A stretch of DNA of 64,000 nucleotides from Eledone cirrhosa (taxonomy: Eukaryota): the NCBI GenBank assembly GCA_964016885.1, contig OZ024748.1:21452001-21516000 (forward strand), written 5' to 3'. The translations under genes were made by a program, and so were the position numbers. Positions 56,893 through 64,000 of this stretch are shown one piece after another. Positions within the stretch are counted from its first letter, which is position 1, and each line of letters opens with the position of its first letter. The notes under the pieces were generated by a model that did not search any database, was not told the DNA's origin, and saw only the letters and a program-made list of their open reading frames with translations.

Positions 56893-59800
56893 CTGTGTGA
56901 TGAACCTACTGAGGAAGTTTTACCTGGGTGTACCAGCCCTGGCTTGGTCTGCAACCTCTGACTCTGTGTGATGTACCTACTGAGGTACGTTTACCTGGGT
57001 GTACCAGCCCTGGCTTGGTCTGCAACCTCTGACTCTGTGTGATGAACCTACTGAGGTAGTTTTACCTGGGTGTACCAGCCCTGGCTTGGTCTGCAACTTC
57101 TGACTCTGTGTGATGTACCTACTGAGGTAGTTTTACCTGGGTGTACCAGCCCTGGCTTGGTCTGCAACCTCTGACTCTGTGTGATGTATCTACTGAGGTA
57201 GTTTTACCTGGGTGTACCAGCCCTGGCTTGGTCTCCAACCTCTGACTCTGTGTGATGTATCTACTGAGGTAGTTTTACCTGGGTGTACCAGCCCTGGCTT
57301 GGTCTGCAACCTCTGACTCTGTGTGATGAACCTACTGAGGTAGTTTTACCTGGGTGTACCAGCCCTGGCTTGGTCTGCAACCTCTGACTCTGTGTGATGA
57401 ACCTACTGAGGTAGTTTTACCTCGGTGTACCAGCCCTGGCTTGGTCTACAACCTCTGACTCTGTGTGATGTATCTACTGAAGTAGTTTTACCTGGGTGTA
57501 CCAGCCCTGGCTTGGTCTGCAACCTCTGACTCTGTGTGATGAACCTACTGAGGTAGTTTTACCTGGGTGTACCAGCCCTGGCTTGGTCTGCAACCTCTGA
57601 CTCTGTGTGATGAACCTACTGAGGTAGTTTTACCTGGGTGTACCAGCCCTGGCGTGGTCTGCAACCTCTGACTCTGTGTGATGTATCTACTGAGGTACGT
57701 TTACCTGGGTGTACCAGCCCTGGCGTGGTCTGCAACCTCTGACTCTGTGTGATGTATCTACTGAGGTAGTTTTACCTGGGTGTACCAGCCCTGGCTTGGT
57801 CTGCAACCTCTGACTCTGTGCGATGAACCTACTGAGGTAGTTTTACCTGGGTGTACCAGCCCTGGCTTGGTCTGCAACCTCTGACTCTGTGTGATGTATC
57901 TACTGAGGTAGTTTTACCTGGGTGTACCAGCCCTGGCTTGGTCTGCAACCTCTGACTCTGTGTGATGTATCTACTGAGGTGGTTGTACCTGGGTGTACCA
58001 GCCCTGGCTTGGTCTGCAACCTCTGACTCTGTGCGATGAACCTACTGAGGTAGTTTTACCTGGGTGTACCAGCCCTGGCTTGGTCTGCAACCTCTGACTC
58101 TGTGTGATGTATCTACTGAAGTAGTTTTACCTGGGTGTACCAGCCCTGGCGTGGTCTGCAACCTCTGACTCTGTGTGATGTATCTACTGAGGTGGTTGTA
58201 CCTGGGTGTACCAGCCCTGGCTTGGTCTGCAACCTCTGACTCTGTGTGATGTATCTACTGAGGTAGTTTTACCTGGGTGTACCAGCCCTGGCTTGGTCTG
58301 CAACCTCTGACTCTGTGTGATATATCTACTGAGGTAGTTTTACCTGGGTGTACCAGCCCTGGCTTGGTCTGCAACCTCTGACTCTGTGTGATATATCTAC
58401 TGAGGTAGTTTTACCTGGGTGTACCAGCCCTGGCTTGGTCTGCAACTTCTGACTCTGTGTGATATATCTACTGAGGTAGTTTTACCTGGGTGTACCAGCC
58501 CTGGCGTGGTCTGCAACCTCTGACTCTGTGTGATATATCTACTGAGGTAGTTTTACCTGGGTGTACCAGCCCTGGCTTGGTCTGCAACCTCTGACTCTGT
58601 GCGATGAACCTACTGAGGTAGTTTTACCTGGGTGTACCAGCCCTGGCGTGGTCTGCAACCTCTGACTCTGTGTGATGAACCTACTGAGGTAGTTTTACCT
58701 GGGTGTACCAGCCCTGGCGTGGTCTGCAACCTCTGACTCTGTGTGATGAACCTACTGAGGTAGTTTTACCTGGGTGTACCAGCCCTGGCTTGGTCTGCAA
58801 CCTCTGACTCTGTGTGATGTACCTACTGAGGTAGTTTTACCTGGGTGTACCAGCCCTGGCTTGGTCTGCAACCTCTGACTCTGTGTGATGAACCTACTGA
58901 GGTAGTTTTACCTGGGTGTACCAGCCCTGGCGTGGTCTGCAACCTCTGACTCTGTGTGATGAACCTACTGAGGTAGTTTTACCTCGGTGTACCAGCCCTG
59001 GCGTGGTCTGCAACCTCTGACTCTGTGTGATGTATCTACTGAGGTAGTTTTACCTGGGTGTACCAGCCCTGGCTTGGTCTGCAACCTCTGACTCTGTGTG
59101 ATGTATCTACTGAGGTAGTTTTACCTGGGTGTACCAGCCCTGGCTTGGTCTGCAACCTCTGACTCTGTGTGATGTATCTACTGAAGTAGTTTTACCTGGG
59201 TGTACCAGCCCTGGCGTGGTCTGCAACCTCTGACTCTGTGTGATGAACCAACTGAAGTAGTTTTACCTGGGTGTACCAGCCCTGGCGTGGTCTGCAACCT
59301 CTGACTCTGTGTGATGAACCTACTGAGGTAGTTTTACCTGGGTGTACCAGCCCTGGCGTGGTCTGCAACCTCTGACTCTGTGTGATGTATCTACTGAGGT
59401 AGTTTTACCTGGGTGTACCAGCCCTGGCTTGGTCTGCAACCTCTGACTCTGTGTGATGTATCTACTGAAGTAGTTTTACCTGGGTGTACCAGCCCTGGCT
59501 TGGTCTGCAACCTCTGACTCTGTGCGATGAACCTACTGAGGTAGTTTTACCTGGGTGTACCAGCCCTGGCTTGGTGTGCAACCTCTGACTCTGTGTGATG
59601 AACCTACTGAGGTAGTTTTACCTGGGTGTACCAGCCCTGGCGTGGTCTGCAACCTCTGACTCTGTGTGATGAACCTACTGAGGTAGTTTTACCTGGGTGT
59701 ACCAGCCCTGGCTTGGTCTGCAACCTCTGACTCTGTGTGATGTACCTACTGAGGTAGTTTTACCTGGGTGTACCAGCCCTGGCTTGGTCTGCAACCTCTG

Positions 59801-62248
59801 ACTCTGTGTGATGAACCTACTGAGGTAGTTTTACCTGGGTGTACCAGCCCTGGCGTGGTCTGCAACCTCTGACTCTGTGTGATGAACCTACTGAGGTAGT
59901 TTTACCTCGGTGTACCAGCCCTGGCGTGGTCTGCAACCTCTGACTCTGTGTGATGTATCTACTGAGGTAGTTTTACCTGGGTGTACCAGCCCTGGCTTGG
60001 TCTGCAACCTCTGACTCTGTGTGATGTATCTACTGAGGTAGTTTTACCTGGGTGTACCAGCCCTGGCTTGGTCTGCAACCTCTGACTCTGTGTGATGTAT
60101 CTACTGAAGTAGTTTTACCTGGGTGTACCAGCCCTGGCGTGGTCTGCAACCTCTGACTCTGTGTGATGAACCAACTGAAGTAGTTTTACCTGGGTGTACC
60201 AGCCCTGGCGTGGTCTGCAACCTCTGACTCTGTGTGATGAACCTACTGAGGTAGTTTTACCTGGGTGTACCAGCCCTGGCGTGGTCTGCAACCTCTGACT
60301 CTGTGTGATGTATCTACTGAGGTAGTTTTACCTGGGTGTACCAGCCCTGGCTTGGTCTGCAACCTCTGACTCTGTGTGATGTATCTACTGAAGTAGTTTT
60401 ACCTGGGTGTACCAGCCCTGGCTTGGTCTGCAACCTCTGACTCTGTGCGATGAACCTACTGAGGTAGTTTTACCTGGGTGTACCAGCCCTGGCTTGGTGT
60501 GCAACCTCTGACTCTGTGTGATGTACCTACTGAGGTAGTTTTACCTGGGTGTACCAGCCCTGGCTTGGTCTGCAACCTCTGACTCTGTGTGATGAACCTA
60601 CTGAGGTAGTTTTACCTGGGTGTACCAGCCCTGGCTTGGTCTGCAACCTCTGACTCTGTGCGATGAACCTACTGAGGTAGTTTTACCTGGGTGTACCAGC
60701 CCTGGCTTGGTGTGCAACCTCTGACTCTGTGTGATGTACCTACTGAGGTAGTTTTACCTGGGTGTACCAGCCCTGGCTTGGTCTGCAACCTCTGACTCTG
60801 TGTGATGAACCTACTGAGGTAGTTTTACCTGGGTGTACCAGCCCTGGCTTGGTCTGCAACCTCTGACTCTGTGCGATGAACCTACTGAGGTAGTTTTACC
60901 TGGGTGTACCAGCCCTGGCTTGGTGTGCAACCTCTGACTCTGTGTGATGTACCTACTGAGGTAGTTTTACCTGGGTGTACCAGCCCTGGCTTGGTCTGCA
61001 ACCTCTGACTCTGTGTGATGAACCTACTGAGGTAGTTTTACCTGGGTGTACCAGCCCTGGCTTGGTCTGCAACCTCTGACTCTGTGCGATGAACCTACTG
61101 AAGTAGTTTTACCTGGGCGTACCAGCCCTGGCTTGGTGTGCAACCTCTGACTCTGTGTGATGTACCTACTGAGGTAGTTTTACCTGGGTGTACCAGCCCT
61201 GGCTTGGTCTGCAACCTCTGACTCTGTGTGATGTATCTACTGAGGTAGTTTTACCTGGGTGTACCAGCCCTGGCTTGGTCTGCAACCTCTGACTCTGTGT
61301 GATGTATCTACTGAGGTAGTTTTACCTGGGTGTACCAGCCCTGGCTTGGTCTGCAACCTCTGACTCTGTGCGATGAACCTACTGAAGTAGTTTTACCTGG
61401 GCGTACCAGCCCTGGCTTGGTGTGCAACCTCTGACTCTGTGTGATGTACCTACTGAGGTAGTTTTACCTGGGTGTACCAGCCCTGGCTTGGTCTGCAACC
61501 TCTGACTCTGTGTGATGTATCTACTGAGGTAGTTTTACCTGGGTGTACCAGCCCTGGCTTGGTCTGCAATCTCTGACTCTGTGTGATGTACCTACTGAGG
61601 TAGTTTTACCTGGGTGTACCAGCCCTGGCTTGGTCTGCAACCTCTGACTCTGTGTGATGTATCTACTGAGGTAGTTTTACCTGGGTGTACCAGCCCTGGC
61701 TTGGTCTGCAACCTCTGACTCTGTGTGATGTACCTACTGAGGTAGTTTTACCTGGGTGTACCAGCCCTGGCTTGGTCTGCAACCTCTGACTCTGTGTGAT
61801 GTACCTACTGAGGTAGTTTTACCTGGGTGTACCAGCCCTGGTTTGGTCTGCAACTTCTGACTCTGTGTGATGTATCTACTGAGGTAGTTTTACCTGGGTG
61901 TACCAGCCCTGGCTTGGTCTGCAACCTCTGACTCTGTGTGATGTATCTACTGAGGTAGTTTTACCTGGGTGTACCAGCCCTGGCTTGGTCTGCAACCTCT
62001 GACTCTGTGTGATGTATCTACTGATGTGGTTGTACCTGGGTGTACCAGCCCTGGCTTGGTCTGCAACCTCTGACTCTGTGTGATGTATCTACTGAGGTAG
62101 TTTTACCTGGGTGTACCAGCCCTGGCTTGGTCTGCAACTTCTGACTCTGTGTGATGTATCTACTGAGGTAGTTTTACCTGGGTGTACCAGCCCTGGCTTG
62201 GTCTGCAACCTCTGACTCTGTGTGATGTATCTACTGATGTGGTTGTAC
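56893..62248. repeat. 71 bp minisatellite, ~75 copies, with higher-order repeats
   Basis: Unit ctgtgtgatgaacctactgaggtagttttacctgggtgtaccagccctggcttggtctgcaacctctgact. Confidence 0.97.
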
Positions 62249-62295
62249 AATGTTTGAAGTCAGACACATCAGAGCCAGAAGAATCATGGTAACCT

Positions 62296-62785
62296 TCAAG
62301 ACATCTCTATATCTAGGGTGGGAAAAATTCTCGAGATCCATGGACAAGTTATCTCCCGCAGTCTCTCTAGCAGTTCCCTCATCATCTCCCAGGGGGCAGT
62401 ATCTGTCTTTAGGGCATCAACATATGTCATCCTCAATCTCCTTCTTCTTGTGTGTCTGTGTAGGGGCCCCCACAGGACCACTAAGTGCTGTGTCAACTCT
62501 GAATGTCAGTGAGCATGTCCAGCAAACCTCAGTCTCCTCTGTGTCATTTTGAGGTGACTTTTGGGAGGCAGGCTCCTGTACAGCTCTGAGTTCTTCATCC
62601 TCAGTGAATTAATGTTCAGAGCCATCCTCAGCATCCTCGTGTAGCACCCATCCACCATGTGAGTGAGTCTCTTGGTCAGTATACAAACCTCAGACCCGTA
62701 CAGCAGCACAGACACCACTGTAGCAATGAAGAGACGGATGTTCAAGTTTTTACGAAGCTCCGACTTCCACACCGATCTCAAAACT
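62296..62785 (-). pseudogene. RTE-clade LINE 3' fragment, frameshifted
   Basis: IRLFIATVVSVLLYGSE...YTRMLRMALNI...TQRRLRFAGHAH; same family as 37635. Confidence 0.85.
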
Positions 62786-63116
62786 GGCGCACTTCAAGAT
62801 ATGTAGGAAAGTAAAGAAGCCAATCACCAGATCAGACCAAGGAAACAATGTTTCCATTCGTCTTTCCATACATCATACTATTTTTGGTTGCTGCTTTTCC
62901 TGTGACAAGAGGCAGGATGTGAACTCAGACAACATTGAGTTAGAATAGACACCACAAAGTACCAGACAAGGTGATTTAACAGTTCTACTAAATTAAGGTC
63001 CTGTCCTCTGTTAATTGAACATGAATGGATAAGTTAACCCCGGTAAGACTTCAACTAAAAGTACCACAATGAAGTAGAACAAAAATGGAATCATTTAACC
63101 CTATACTAGTATGACT

Positions 63117-63190
<74 letters not shown>

Positions 63191-63495
63191 TATAGTATTA
63201 TATTGCAACACCCTGCCGTACTATAATATTATATAAATAAGACACATGTGCTTGCCACGTGTAACTATTGCACACACTAACTGCTTCTGACTATCCTCTC
63301 GCATTAATTTCATGTTGTATTTTAACATTAATTTTAATTTTATCCTCTTTTGATATGAATGTAATCTTTAAATGTATACTGCCACGCTAAATGTTATAAT
63401 GGATGTCGACCCACCAAGCAACAATATATGCATATGTATCTGTATGTCTCTTGGGTTGAAAAGGAGGTCATATATGTGATCATTCATTAATAAAT

Positions 63496-63542
63496 TGCTC
63501 CGAAGAATCCAAACCTTGGTTTGGAGGAAACAATTGTAAGCA
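63496..63542 (+). ncRNA. Minimal type I hammerhead motif with a U4->C core change
   Basis: tgct-CCGAAGA-atccaaacc(tt)ggtttggag-GAAA-caattg-TA-agca; at the 3' end of an island (~63195-63580) between (TA)n tracts. Confidence 0.65.
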
Positions 63543-63577
63543 TATAAATGATTTGAACAGAACTTTGATTCTTATAA

Positions 63578-63615
<38 letters not shown>

Positions 63616-63804
63616 TAAAAGGAAAAGAAAATGCTGACAAATTGTTCCCAGTGAAAAATAGTTTAATTAGGAATAAGTAAAAATTAGTAATAGTATTGGT
63701 TAGTATTCAGTTTTGGTTTTAAGTTTTACCGGTTGCGCATTTCTAATGCTTTTCAAAAATAATTTTGAGATAGAGCGCCCGTGATGTTTGCTCTAATCTG
63801 TATA

Positions 63805-63862
<58 letters not shown>

Positions 63863-63874
63863 TGTATGTGTATG

Positions 63875-63929
<55 letters not shown>

Positions 63930-64000
63930 GTACAGCAGTACATAATTGCTGAGATATTTCTGTCAATATAGCCTGTAAGATAAGGTAGTATTAGGCTGAT

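Noticed and set aside
56893-62248. C/D snoRNA cluster (GTGATGA ... CTGA in each unit), or a hammerhead satellite
   Set aside because: The C box is mutated to GTGATGTA in many units, there is no terminal stem, the inner CTGA is only 5 nt from the C box, and no GAAA is present for an HHR.

Overview
Eukaryotic, extremely repeat-rich intergenic or intronic DNA. The SINE/LINE/MITE repertoire and the (TA)n/(CA)n/(CAT)n load most resemble an octopus genome (inference). No intact host gene is recognisable, and nearly all ORFs in the track are translations of microsatellites or minisatellites. Content: one 5'-truncated, inactivated CR1-clade LINE; four RTE-clade LINE 3' fragments; many SINEs of about three families; hAT-, piggyBac- and Helitron-type non-autonomous DNA elements; three large minisatellites (67 bp x~60, 61 bp x~21, 71 bp x~75). 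The main signal not shown by the ORF track is a set of minimal type I hammerhead ribozyme (HHR) motifs in short AT-rich islands in or next to (TA)n tracts. Seven are complete or near-complete, including two inverted pairs at 32.9-33.2 kb and 33.8-34.0 kb, and one more lacks stem III. A further 4-copy family consists of fold-back palindromes that invert at the putative HHR stem II. These are best read as Penelope-like retroelement (PLE) termini; no PLE reverse transcriptase is visible in the window.
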